Source: a virus. From it: a stretch of 64,000 bases of DNA. The position numbers and the translations under genes are program-made. The notes below the pieces were generated by a model. It was not told where the DNA came from, did no database searches, and saw nothing but the letters and a program-made list of their open reading frames with translations. This document shows, piece by piece, positions 30,580 to 40,295 of the stretch. The DNA is taken from IMG/VR virus record IMGVR_UViG_3300019776_000461, positions 1 to 64,000 of that record. One strand, given 5' to 3'. Every line of letters starts with the position of its first letter. Positions within the stretch are counted from its first letter, which is position 1.

Positions 30580-31800
30580 ATGTTTCAAAATAAACCATGC
30601 GTTTGTGTTCCACTATTTTCAAATGTGAACAAACATTCATCGGATACAGCAATAATAGGTATGTATTTTCTATTTACCGATGGAACTGATAGATATATAA
30701 ACTTTACGCATCCCGATGAACTTGAATCCGATATTGATTTATTGGAAATTAAGTTAACCCCAACTTCTCTTGTGTTTAATAAGAAAGGTATGCTTTATCA
30801 TGGGTTCAATGAAGGAATTGACTTGAATTCATACTTACATTATTATATGAGTGATAATATAAATTCAAGAGAATTTTATCCAAAGGGTATGGAGATTTTA
30901 TCCACCAAGTTCTTTAGAATAGAAGATTTAGGCCATGTTATACCGTTGGCAAATCAATTAGAGTGGGCAAAGAAGATTGGGGAATATGTTTTACAATTTA
31001 ACCCATTCGGTGATGATAAAGTAATAACCGAACAATGTATTGATTATTGCAATGACTTTACGAATGTTTTTTACCAAATAGAAAAGAATGAAATTCTTGT
31101 TGGTGATGAACGTAAAAAGCAAAACTATATGTGGTACACCGCAACAAGTAGACCGAGTAATGCTTGGAACAACTTTAACTTCTCAGCATTAAATAAAAAA
31201 GACGGTACAAGAAATAAAATTCATTCAAGATTTGAAGGTGGTAAGATTGTTCAATTTGACTATGACGCTTTCCATATTAAACTATTAGCAAAAATGTTGG
31301 ATTATACATTCGACTACCACCCGTATGAACAAATAAAAAATGAATTGGGAATTGATGGGGAGTATGACGCATTCAAAACAAAAGTGTTCCAAAACATTTA
31401 CGGTAGAATAACACCTGACTTTATTCAACATCCATTCTTTCAAAGTGTACAAGCGGTTATAGATGAGTTGTGGGAAGGGTATGAAAAGGATGGTTATGTT
31501 AATTCACATTTCTATGGTAAACTATTCAGAGGTATTCAAGATCCAACACCGAATAAAGTATTTAATTATATACTTCAATCGTTGGAAACTGAATATAATG
31601 TGAAAAAGATTAAAAATGTTTTACCTGTTATTAACGATAAAAAGTCCATTTTCTCTATGTATTTGTACGATGCGTTCGTGTTTGATATACATCCAGACGA
31701 AGAAAACCTAATAAATTTATTAAAAAATATTTTTGAAACTGATGAAATGACAGTAAAAGTTTATGTTGGTGACGACTTTGGTGCTATTAAAAGAATTTAA
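30580..31800 (+). CDS. Minimal family A DNA polymerase-like protein
   Basis: TATSRPSN (T.TGRLSS), motif A QFDYDAFH, motif B KTKVFQNIYG, Y.LQS, motif C LYDAFVFD; only 406 aa. Confidence 0.75.
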   Translation: MFQNKPCVCVPLFSNVNKHSSDTAIIGMYFLFTDGTDRYINFTHPDELESDIDLLEIKLTPTSLVFNKKGMLYHGFNEGIDLNSYLHYYMSDNINSREFYPKGMEILSTKFFRIEDLGHVIPLANQLEWAKKIGEYVLQFNPFGDDKVITEQCIDYCNDFTNVFYQIEKNEILVGDERKKQNYMWYTATSRPSNAWNNFNFSALNKKDGTRNKIHSRFEGGKIVQFDYDAFHIKLLAKMLDYTFDYHPYEQIKNELGIDGEYDAFKTKVFQNIYGRITPDFIQHPFFQSVQAVIDELWEGYEKDGYVNSHFYGKLFRGIQDPTPNKVFNYILQSLETEYNVKKIKNVLPVINDKKSIFSMYLYDAFVFDIHPDEENLINLLKNIFETDEMTVKVYVGDDFGAIKRI

Positions 31801-31804
31801 TTTG

Positions 31805-31812
31805 ATATTTAT
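31805..31812 (+). promoter_or_regulatory. Putative late promoter (ATATTTAT)
   Basis: Intergenic motif. Confidence 0.6.
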
Positions 31813-31848
31813 GTAAGTACAATTTATGTAAAAATCGAGAGAGAATTA

Positions 31849-32238
31849 TTGAAAACACAGTTAGTATGTACTTTTGCTAAAAAATATCAAATAGAAAGAA
31901 CGCTGGATAACATAAAAGAAAATTTTAATGTATTAAACAACAAAGTTTTCTTATTCCGTTCTTTTGATGTTAAAGATGAATGCATCCTTTCTTATAATAT
32001 TATAATGGATACATACAAAAAGTTTTTACCCAATTCAATCATGGTTCATCAGAAGAAAGAAACAAATACGATATATACGATAAATGCCTTAAATGAACTG
32101 ATTATGAACTTAAATAATGGTGTATTGGATAAAAAGTACCCTATTGAATGGGAAAGATATAGAAATTGTGCTTTGTTGAAAAATAAAGACGGTTTCAAGG
32201 TTGTTAAAATAATACTAGTTAATATATATAATTTATAA
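31849..32238 (+). CDS. Hypothetical phage protein
   Basis: TTG start; QLVCTF...HQKKETNTIYTINALN...W. Confidence 0.65.
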   Translation: MKTQLVCTFAKKYQIERTLDNIKENFNVLNNKVFLFRSFDVKDECILSYNIIMDTYKKFLPNSIMVHQKKETNTIYTINALNELIMNLNNGVLDKKYPIEWERYRNCALLKNKDGFKVVKIILVNIYNL

Positions 32239-32244
32239 ACAATT

Positions 32245-32252
32245 ATATTTAT
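32245..32252 (+). promoter_or_regulatory. Putative late promoter (ATATTTAT)
   Basis: Heads the cluster of leader-bearing genes at 32287-35788. Confidence 0.65.
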
Positions 32253-32286
32253 AGTATATGTATTACATTATATATTAGAAGAAAAT

Positions 32287-32604
32287 ATGAAAAAAGAAGA
32301 ACTTGTAGAAGTAATTACACAGAGAGTGATTGAAAAGCTCAACGAACGAATTTCATTATTGGAATCGAGCGGATTTGATATTATATTCAGTTCTCTTAGA
32401 AAAGAGTTGAATAAAATAGCTATATTACCAGATAATGTAATTGACGCAAGTCAGTATAAAGAACACGAAATAGTCGATGCTTTGAAGAAAATTGGTTATG
32501 AGTATAAAAAACCAATGGGTAATAAACTACATTTTTTTAATAAAAAAACAAGTATAAGTCTTTATCTAATTCAGAAAACTTTGAAAATAACACTTATGCC
32601 ATAA
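32287..32604 (+). CDS. Hypothetical protein, putative internal head protein
   Basis: N-terminal KLNE and SLLE sites. Confidence 0.55.
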   Translation: MKKEELVEVITQRVIEKLNERISLLESSGFDIIFSSLRKELNKIAILPDNVIDASQYKEHEIVDALKKIGYEYKKPMGNKLHFFNKKTSISLYLIQKTLKITLMP

Positions 32605-32614
32605 GAGACATTAA

Positions 32615-33535
32615 ATGAAAAAAACACAGACTAACAAAGTAAGTATTATTAAAGAAGATGTTTCTTCTGCAAATATAAGCCCCATAAGTTACATGGTGTT
32701 TATAGATATTTCTAGTTATCTATCAAAAGGGCGTGGTTTATTAAGTTCTATGTTTGCCGCTAAACCAAGTGAATCTATTACAAAATGGTTTGGTAAAGTA
32801 AAAGAAGATGAAACTTATAAGGAAAATGAAGAGGCATTCAAAGCTATTTCTTCAAGATTTATGGGCAATCCTATTTTGAAAAAACTTTATAGTTCAATAG
32901 ACAAACTTAAAACTGTTTCAACAGGGGAAACAGATCAAAGTGAAAGAGATAAAGATATTGAAAAATTATTGGGTAAAATTAGTTTATTTATTAAAAATAG
33001 ACTTACAAAAAAAGAAAGGGAACTTATTGGTAAAATGTCAACCGTAGTTAATTCAATTGGTAATAATATTTCCTCTGCAATAAAATCAGACTTAGAAGCA
33101 ATGGCAAAAGCAGAAGAACCAGAAAAACCAAAAGAAGAACCGAAGGAAGAACCCAAGAAAGAACCAGTAAAACCAATTGAAGCTCCAAAAGTAGAAGGAA
33201 AAGTAAATGAGCGATTGAAAAATAAAATTCAACCTACGAATGAAAACTTTCCAGGTCCAGGAGAAATAGTAGGTGCTAAGGATCTAGATTATGATATGTT
33301 GAGTTATTTTAATAGAATGAATAAAAAATTATCAATAGATACCAAGACCAAGAAAGGAATCTACGGTTCAGTTGCCAAGATGTATGGCAATTTTGTTTTC
33401 AATGGAGATACCATAGATAAAAAAGATATATTACAAGTAAAGATACTAGAGTCTAATGTAAATGAGCGATTGAAGAACAAACTTCGTAAGAAAATCAAAG
33501 AAATAATTAGAACACATATTATTAAATTAAAGTAA
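32615..33535 (+). CDS. Hypothetical protein, putative internal head protein with an internal inserted module
   Basis: IIKE leader; EEPK repeats; duplicated VNERLKNK. Confidence 0.6.
   Translation: MKKTQTNKVSIIKEDVSSANISPISYMVFIDISSYLSKGRGLLSSMFAAKPSESITKWFGKVKEDETYKENEEAFKAISSRFMGNPILKKLYSSIDKLKTVSTGETDQSERDKDIEKLLGKISLFIKNRLTKKERELIGKMSTVVNSIGNNISSAIKSDLEAMAKAEEPEKPKEEPKEEPKKEPVKPIEAPKVEGKVNERLKNKIQPTNENFPGPGEIVGAKDLDYDMLSYFNRMNKKLSIDTKTKKGIYGSVAKMYGNFVFNGDTIDKKDILQVKILESNVNERLKNKLRKKIKEIIRTHIIKLK
33203..33485 (+). repeat. 28-bp direct repeat (17 bp exact; 25/28 identical), copies 255 nt apart
   Basis: GTAAATGAGCGATTGAA at 33203 and 33458. Confidence 0.85.
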
Positions 33536-33551
33536 ATTTGGAGTTTTTAAA

Positions 33552-34244
33552 ATGAAAAAGCAAAAAGACTTGGTAAACGAAGGTAGAAGAATCCAAGAAA
33601 CTTTTTTGAAAAAAGTTAATGAGGGGTTTTTTGACAAAATAAAAGATGTATTCAGAGATTCAGAAGATTTTACAGCATTGATAAAGCAGTTTGCACCACT
33701 TGACAGAGAAAAGGTGTTGAAAAAATCAGATGGTACAGTTGATGTTGCAGATAACTTTTGGGTTGATGGTACTAAAGAATGGATGGACGCTGACAAAAAA
33801 GGTTTAGCACTTGCAGTTAATAAAATTTTAAATAAAGGAATTTTACACATAATGAATATTACAGGACAACCAACTCTTTTCAAATTAGAAAGATGGCCAA
33901 AAATATGTTCTGAAGTTAAGATTAGTAAATGTGACTTGGTTAGTTTTGAGGGATTTTCAATTCAACTTGAAGGTGGCGGTAAGGTAGAAGTAACTGAATG
34001 TGATAATTTAAAATCTTTAAAAGGTCTTCCGTCATCACTAAAAGACTTCAGTTTTGGGTATGGTCTTTTCAAAAATTTTGAAGATTTTGGTGATGTTAAG
34101 CCAGCTCGAATAGTAACTTTACCTGGTACAACTAAGATGGCGGTTGAAGCATTAAAAGCAAGTAACAATGATGTTAAGGCAGCAGAAGCGGCGTTAAAGA
34201 AACAAACAGGTATAACAATCAGTCTTCTTGTTCCTAAACAATAA
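33552..34244 (+). CDS. Hypothetical protein with short LRR-like units and a UBA-like C-terminus
   Basis: CDLVSFEG and CDNLKSLKGLP; AVEALKASNNDVKAAEAAL; LVNE and VNE leader sites. Confidence 0.5.
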   Translation: MKKQKDLVNEGRRIQETFLKKVNEGFFDKIKDVFRDSEDFTALIKQFAPLDREKVLKKSDGTVDVADNFWVDGTKEWMDADKKGLALAVNKILNKGILHIMNITGQPTLFKLERWPKICSEVKISKCDLVSFEGFSIQLEGGGKVEVTECDNLKSLKGLPSSLKDFSFGYGLFKNFEDFGDVKPARIVTLPGTTKMAVEALKASNNDVKAAEAALKKQTGITISLLVPKQ

Positions 34245-34250
34245 CTGTAC

Positions 34251-34880
34251 GTGATAAAGTTAATAGATATATTAAAAGAAATGGGTATCGATAAAGGCGC
34301 ATTTCATGGATTTGGAATGAAGCCAAAAGATATGAGGGTTGATACTTGTAATGTTGAATGGACAAGTCCAGACCAAGATACAGGCTGCCCTGCATTTTCT
34401 GATTCAACTAAGATAACAGAAGAGGATATTACTAAGGCTATTGAATATCTAAATGAAGAAAAATTGAAAACATTAATAGCATATTCAAGAGGTGGTGCAA
34501 TATTATTACAAGCGTTATCGATGGGAGCTATGAAACCATCTACGGTTTATTTGGTAGCACCTGCTTGGAATAGACAATGGCCAACTGTTTCATTAACAGG
34601 TGGAGAAGTGAATGGTAGTGGAGCTATAATACACGGTGGTAGTGATAATATAGTTCCACTAAAACATTCTGTAATTTTGTCCAAAGCAAGTGGTATGCCG
34701 TTGTATGTGTTCCCTGGAATGAATCATGTTAATATATTAAAAAATAAAGATAATCCAACTTCTGGAATACTATTGAAAAACTTAGAAGATGCCATGGGAG
34801 TTTTACCAGATTGGGGTGAAAGTGGAAAAGCAACGGAGGAAGAGTTAAAAATGCAAGAAGAGTTTGTAAATAATATTTGA
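34251..34880 (+). CDS. Alpha/beta hydrolase with MIKLIDILKE leader
   Basis: Nucleophile elbow AYSRGG, LVAPA, HGGSDNIVP (Asp), GMNH (His). Confidence 0.8.
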   Translation: MIKLIDILKEMGIDKGAFHGFGMKPKDMRVDTCNVEWTSPDQDTGCPAFSDSTKITEEDITKAIEYLNEEKLKTLIAYSRGGAILLQALSMGAMKPSTVYLVAPAWNRQWPTVSLTGGEVNGSGAIIHGGSDNIVPLKHSVILSKASGMPLYVFPGMNHVNILKNKDNPTSGILLKNLEDAMGVLPDWGESGKATEEELKMQEEFVNNI

Positions 34881-34888
34881 GAAACAGG

Positions 34889-35788
34889 ATGAGTAAATTA
34901 AGTGTATTATTGGATGAAGTTAGAGATTTCAAAAAAAATGCAATATACAATGCTAAACTTCGTCTTAGAGAAACACTCATTAACGAAGAGGGTGAAGATG
35001 AAGCACAAGATGAAATAAAAGCAATTCTTAAAAAAGATTACTCTACATTTGTTAAAGAGTTGGGTGACAATATAAAAGATGAAAAATTTCTAAATGCTAT
35101 AAAATCACTTTCTGATAAACAACCTGTTAAAGTATCAGGAATGTCTCCAGGAGTTACAGATTTACAACCAACACAGAATGAAGTTGTAATGGATAAATCT
35201 TTAAGTTATCCGCTAACAGATGTACCAAGTGCTGAACAATACTTAAAAGGCGGAGTTGTTGCAGTTGCAGGAAAATCAATTATAACATCAGGCGGTGGCA
35301 AGTATGTAATAGATGGACACCACAGATGGTCACAAGTTTTGTGTATTAATCCCGATGCTAAAATTAAAGCGTTAGATTTAACAGACATTAAAAATCCGAT
35401 TGACGCATTAAAAGCAACACAGATTGGAATAGCTGCACAAGCAGGTACAGTTCCAACCGCAGCAGGTGGTGGTGTAAATCTCTTCACAGTTAGTGAAGGT
35501 GAGTTAAAAAAATATGTTCTTGATAAAATAAAAGAGCCAGTTGTTGCTGTATTTGAAAAATATGGTAAAGGTGATACACCAGAAGCAATTGCAGATTATA
35601 TTTGGGAAAATGTTCAGGTACTTAAAAAACAATCTCCGCCAGTAGCAGGTGCACCTAAGCGCGATGTGATGCCACAAACAGATGATGCACCACAATGGGT
35701 TGATAATACTTTCAATGTAGAAAAATTACCTGAAGAATTAACTAATCGCTTCAAAGAACTATTACGATATAACAACAGAGATAAATAA
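34889..35788 (+). CDS. ParB/Srx-like domain protein (paralog of 1734..2738)
   Basis: LQPTQNEV...YVIDGHHRWSQ, and P.R..MP near the C-terminus in both copies; ATG 34889 gives MSKLSVLLDE. Confidence 0.7.
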   Translation: MSKLSVLLDEVRDFKKNAIYNAKLRLRETLINEEGEDEAQDEIKAILKKDYSTFVKELGDNIKDEKFLNAIKSLSDKQPVKVSGMSPGVTDLQPTQNEVVMDKSLSYPLTDVPSAEQYLKGGVVAVAGKSIITSGGGKYVIDGHHRWSQVLCINPDAKIKALDLTDIKNPIDALKATQIGIAAQAGTVPTAAGGGVNLFTVSEGELKKYVLDKIKEPVVAVFEKYGKGDTPEAIADYIWENVQVLKKQSPPVAGAPKRDVMPQTDDAPQWVDNTFNVEKLPEELTNRFKELLRYNNRDK

Positions 35789-35794
35789 AAATAC

Positions 35795-35819
35795 TGGGGA
35801 CAAACGTCCCCATATTTAT
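35795..35819 (+). terminator. Hairpin followed directly by ATATTTAT
   Basis: TGGGGAC-aaac-GTCCCCA then TATTTATT. Confidence 0.6.
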
Positions 35820-35830
35820 TTTATATAAAA

Positions 35831-35862
35831 TTTGAATATTAAACATTAAAACATTATATTTG
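35831..35862 (+). promoter_or_regulatory. Bacteroidota-type housekeeping promoter (-33 TTTG / -7 TAnnTTTG)
   Basis: TTTG at 35831-34 and TATATTTG at 35855-62, 20-nt spacer; upstream of the SSB operon. Confidence 0.7.
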
Positions 35863-35922
35863 TACTAACATATTGAACGATATGAGTTCAACATTATTTA
35901 TTATTTATTAAGGAGTTACATC

Positions 35923-36696
35923 ATGGCTATCAATCTTGATGCAATTAAAAATCGTTTGTCTTCATTAAAAAACACAAACAATCGTGTTTCAAACATTTGG
36001 AAACCAGAACCAGGTGAACATCAAATTAGAATTGTTCCCTACGTTCACAACTTAGAAAATCCATTCATTGACCTTTACTTTCATTACAACATAGGGAAGC
36101 GTTCAGTTCTTTCTCCTGTAACATACGGTCGTCCTGACCCTATCCTTGAGTTTGCTGAGAAGTTAAAACAAACAGGTGACAAAGAAGATTGGCTAATGGG
36201 GAGAAAACTTGAACCAAAAATGAGAACATATTTACCAGTTATTATTCGTGGGCAAGAATCAGAGGGTGTAAAGTTTTGGGGATTCGGTAAACAAATTTAT
36301 GAAGAATTATTAACATTCTTCGCTGATGAAGATTACGGTGATTTATCAGATCCTAAAAGTGGCCGTGATATTGTAGTTACTGTTAAGTCAGCGGAAGAAG
36401 TCGGTAAGTCTTATGCAGAAACATCTATTCGTGTTAAACCAAAACAAACACCACTTACAGAAAATCCTGCAGTCCTTGAAAAAGTTAAACAGCAACCAAA
36501 AATGACTGAACTTTATCCAGAGCCTTCTTATGATGAACTTAAATCACAACTTCATTCTTGGATGGGTTCTAACCAAGAAGAATCAGAAGACGTTGTAAAA
36601 AAATCTACAAAAAGTACACAAACTAAATCTGTAACTGGTGATGAACCTGTAAAGGCAACTGCTAGTGTTGCTTCTTCTTTTGATGACTTATTTTAA
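35923..36696 (+). CDS. Single-stranded DNA-binding protein (gp32-like)
   Basis: WKP..G...IRIVP, FWGFGK, D.SDP..GRDI, acidic FDDLF tail; AGGAG RBS. Confidence 0.85.
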   Translation: MAINLDAIKNRLSSLKNTNNRVSNIWKPEPGEHQIRIVPYVHNLENPFIDLYFHYNIGKRSVLSPVTYGRPDPILEFAEKLKQTGDKEDWLMGRKLEPKMRTYLPVIIRGQESEGVKFWGFGKQIYEELLTFFADEDYGDLSDPKSGRDIVVTVKSAEEVGKSYAETSIRVKPKQTPLTENPAVLEKVKQQPKMTELYPEPSYDELKSQLHSWMGSNQEESEDVVKKSTKSTQTKSVTGDEPVKATASVASSFDDLF

Positions 36697-36710
36697 TAGG
36701 GATACACGTT

Positions 36711-37856
36711 ATGGCAAAATCAAAGAGTGATTTATCCGATGAACTCGGTGGAGTCATTGCAGAAACAATAAATAAAAAGTTCAAAGAACAAAACTACAAG
36801 ACTGCTTATTTTCTTGAGGGTGATAGTGACGCACCTACAATTGTAAAAGAGTGGGTTGGAACTGGTTCAACAATTCTTGATTTGGCAATTTCAAATCGTA
36901 AGAATGGTGGATTTCCAGTCGGTAGAGTGTGTGAAATAACAGGACTTGAGCAATCAGGTAAATCATTGTTAGCAGCACATGCATTACTAAACACTCAAAG
37001 AAAAGGCGGACTTGCTGTTTACATAGATACAGAAAATGCTATCTCTACTGAATATCTAACCGCAATTGGTTTGAACCTTAAAGATATGCTCTACATTCCA
37101 TTGGAAACCGTAGAGGATGTGTTTGAAGCAGTTGAGGTTATTATTGAGAAGGTTCGTTCTTCCGATAAAAATAAATTGGTTACGATAGTTATTGATTCTA
37201 TTGCAGGTGCATCTACTAAAACAGAGATGGCTGCAGATTTTGATAAAGATGGTTATGCTACGGCAAAGGCACTTATCATTTCAAAAGCAATGAGAAAAAT
37301 AACAAATTTAATCGGTAGAGAACGCATTTGTCTTATTATCACAAATCAACTTCGTCAAAAACTAAATGCTCCTGCATTCTCTGACCCATGGACAACACCA
37401 GGTGGTAAAGGCATTCCTTTCCATGCTTCTGTTCGTCTTCGTCTTTCATCAGTCGGTGCTATTAAAGCTAAGATTGAAGGACACGATGAAGTAGTGGGTT
37501 CGAGAGTAAAAGCAAAATTAGTAAAGAACAGAGTTGGTCCACCATTACGAGAATGTGAATATGAGATTTATTTTGATTCGGGTATTGACGATTATAGCAG
37601 TTGGCTTACTACGATGAAGGATTATAATCTTGTTGCACAAGCAGGTGCTTGGTATTCATGGACAAACAAAGAAACGGGTGAAGTTATTAAATTTCAATCG
37701 AAAGACTTTGTTGAAAAAATCATGAACGTTCCAAAATTAAAGGAAATGGTTTATGATGAAATTGCCGAGAAGGTAATTATGAAATACCAACAACTCGATG
37801 CTGCTCGTATTGATGAAGTAGTTATTTCAAATCAATCAATTGATGATGAAATATAA
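36711..37856 (+). CDS. recA: RecA/UvsX recombinase
   Basis: GLEQSGKS, YIDTENA, IVIDS, NQLR, TPGG..I.FHASVR, KNRVGPP, GAWY. Confidence 0.92.
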   Translation: MAKSKSDLSDELGGVIAETINKKFKEQNYKTAYFLEGDSDAPTIVKEWVGTGSTILDLAISNRKNGGFPVGRVCEITGLEQSGKSLLAAHALLNTQRKGGLAVYIDTENAISTEYLTAIGLNLKDMLYIPLETVEDVFEAVEVIIEKVRSSDKNKLVTIVIDSIAGASTKTEMAADFDKDGYATAKALIISKAMRKITNLIGRERICLIITNQLRQKLNAPAFSDPWTTPGGKGIPFHASVRLRLSSVGAIKAKIEGHDEVVGSRVKAKLVKNRVGPPLRECEYEIYFDSGIDDYSSWLTTMKDYNLVAQAGAWYSWTNKETGEVIKFQSKDFVEKIMNVPKLKEMVYDEIAEKVIMKYQQLDAARIDEVVISNQSIDDEI

Positions 37857-38899
37857 TGAACAAGTATCAGAAACTACTTCAAGAAATTGAAACCGAGAAA
37901 GAACTACAAGATAGTTTACACCGTGATAGTAAGGTTTTGATCGTAGATGGAATGAACTTATTTATAAGAACATTCTCAGCTATTCCTACTCTTAACGAGG
38001 ATGGGCAACACATTGGCGGTCTCTCTGGTTTTCTCCAATCATTGGCTGCAACAGTCCGCATGGTTAATCCCACGCGGGTTGTTGTAGTGTTTGATGGGAA
38101 GGGTGGTTCACAAAGAAGAAAGAAAATATATTCAAATTACAAGGAAGGCAGGGCAATCAAATCTAAATTGAATAGGGTTGCGGGTTTTGAGAATCTTGAG
38201 GATGAACAAAAGTCTATGAGGTTTCAGCTGTTTCGTCTGTTTTCATATTTACAGAATTTGCCATTAACCATTATATCGATGGATAATATTGAGGCGGATG
38301 ATGTGATTGCTTACCTTTCCTTTTATTTCAAAGAAAAATCTATTATATTATCGAACGATAGAGATTTTTTACAGTTGGTATCGGAACAAGTTTCTGTTTA
38401 TTTACCAACGAAAAAAAAGTTATATACACCAGAAAATCTGTTAGAAGAAACTGGAGTATGGTGTGAGAATTTTATTTTATTCAAAGCATTATTAGGTGAT
38501 AAAAGCGATAACATTAAAGGTATTAATGGACTCGGTGAAAAAACAATATTGAAACATTTTCCAATGCTTTCAGAAAAAAGAAAAATTGATTTAGATATGT
38601 TCGTAGAATTTTGTAAATTGTATGATAATAAATCTAAAGCAATCAATGAACTCAAGAATAATATTAGTATATTAGAAACTAACTATGAGATTATGCAATT
38701 ACATGATGTTGATATTTCACAAAGTTTCAAATCATCTATACGTGGCATGGTTGATGGAGAAATCCAAGTACTAAATAAAATTGAGTTAGATAAATTATTT
38801 ATAGCAGATAAATTATACGCTGCTATACCTAATTTTGAATATTGGTTACAAAGAAATTTTGGAAATCTAAATACGATTCGGAATATATATGCAGGATAA
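37856..38899 (+). CDS. 5'-3' exonuclease / flap endonuclease (T4 RNase H-like)
   Basis: IVDGMN, VFDG, YK.GR, EADDVIA, SNDRDFLQL, GDKSDNIKGI.GLG.KT. Confidence 0.9.
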   Translation: MNKYQKLLQEIETEKELQDSLHRDSKVLIVDGMNLFIRTFSAIPTLNEDGQHIGGLSGFLQSLAATVRMVNPTRVVVVFDGKGGSQRRKKIYSNYKEGRAIKSKLNRVAGFENLEDEQKSMRFQLFRLFSYLQNLPLTIISMDNIEADDVIAYLSFYFKEKSIILSNDRDFLQLVSEQVSVYLPTKKKLYTPENLLEETGVWCENFILFKALLGDKSDNIKGINGLGEKTILKHFPMLSEKRKIDLDMFVEFCKLYDNKSKAINELKNNISILETNYEIMQLHDVDISQSFKSSIRGMVDGEIQVLNKIELDKLFIADKLYAAIPNFEYWLQRNFGNLNTIRNIYAG

Positions 38900-40241
38900 T
38901 TTATCCCAATACGGTCAAACATTTCAAACTAAAGTAATTATATCACTATTAAAAGACAGAGAATTCCTACAACAAGTGTCAGACCTTATAGATCCAACTT
39001 ATTTTGAATCACAGGCAAACTCTTGGTTGGTTGAGAAGATTATTTCTTATTATGAGAAATATAAAAGTCCACCAACATCAGATGTATTCAAGTCTGAATT
39101 ACTAACGGTAGACGATAAAATATTGAAAACAACGGTAGTTGATGCACTTAAACAGGTAAAAAAGTACACAGACAATTCCGATGATGAATATGTTAAAAAT
39201 ACCGTACTTGAATTTTGTAAAAATCAAAAGATGAAAATAGCGATATTAGAATCAGTTGATTTGTTAAGAAGTGGTAAGTATGATTTGATTAAAAAGAAAG
39301 TTGATAATGCACTCAAAGCAGGTGCTGATAAAGATATTGGACATGAGTATAAGATAGATGTTATATCTCGCTATGCAGAAGGTGCAAGAGAATGTATTAA
39401 AACTGGTTGGAATGTTATTGATGACATTATGAGTGGTGGATTGGCAGCAGGAGAACTTGGTGTGTTAGTTGCTCCAGCAGGTGGTGGTAAGTCATGGGGC
39501 TTAGTAAGTTTGGCTGCAAACGCTGTGAAGAACGGTAAGCGTGTTATTTACTATACACTTGAACTGAATCAACATTATGTTGCAAGAAGATTCGATGCTT
39601 ACTTCACAAAGATTGCTTTCCAAAACTTAGGTGAAGAACACGCACAAGAAAAAATTAAAACGGCTATGGAGAACTTAGCAGGTGAATTAGTTGTTAAGTA
39701 TTATCCAACAAAAACACCGTCAATCAATACACTAACTTCTCATATTGAGAAATGTATCAGTCAAGGTAAACCACCTGATTTGATTATTATTGATTATGCA
39801 GACTTGATTAAACCAGCAAAAGCAGGCGATAAGAGATTAGAACTGAATGATATTTACGAAGATATACGTGGTATTGCAGGTTTATATAAAATTCCAATTT
39901 GGACTGCTTCACAAGCAAATCGTTCTTCATTAGAAGACGATGTTATTGAAGGCGGTAAAGTTTCAGAATCATATAATAAAATGATGATTGCTGACTTTGT
40001 AATGTCATTGTCAAGAAAGTTGGATGATAAAGTTGGTGGCACAGGTAGATGGCATATTATTAAAAATAGATTTGGTCCAGATGGAATGACGTTTCCAAGT
40101 AAGGTAAATACAATGACTGGCCACATAGATATATACGAACCGAACTCTGATATGGGTAAAACGGTAACGGTTACTATGAAAGGCGAAAAGAATGTAAAGA
40201 AAGCACTTTCACAAAAATTCAAAGAATTAGAAGGATTCTAA
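38889..40241 (+). CDS. DnaB-like replicative helicase (gp41-like)
   Basis: APAGGGKS, YTLE, IIDYADL, WTASQANR, KNRFG. Confidence 0.92.
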   Translation: MQDNLSQYGQTFQTKVIISLLKDREFLQQVSDLIDPTYFESQANSWLVEKIISYYEKYKSPPTSDVFKSELLTVDDKILKTTVVDALKQVKKYTDNSDDEYVKNTVLEFCKNQKMKIAILESVDLLRSGKYDLIKKKVDNALKAGADKDIGHEYKIDVISRYAEGARECIKTGWNVIDDIMSGGLAAGELGVLVAPAGGGKSWGLVSLAANAVKNGKRVIYYTLELNQHYVARRFDAYFTKIAFQNLGEEHAQEKIKTAMENLAGELVVKYYPTKTPSINTLTSHIEKCISQGKPPDLIIIDYADLIKPAKAGDKRLELNDIYEDIRGIAGLYKIPIWTASQANRSSLEDDVIEGGKVSESYNKMMIADFVMSLSRKLDDKVGGTGRWHIIKNRFGPDGMTFPSKVNTMTGHIDIYEPNSDMGKTVTVTMKGEKNVKKALSQKFKELEGF

Positions 40242-40295
40242 TACTTATATAACGCAATCGTTTTATATTCATGTTTCGTTGTTACGAATAATAAC

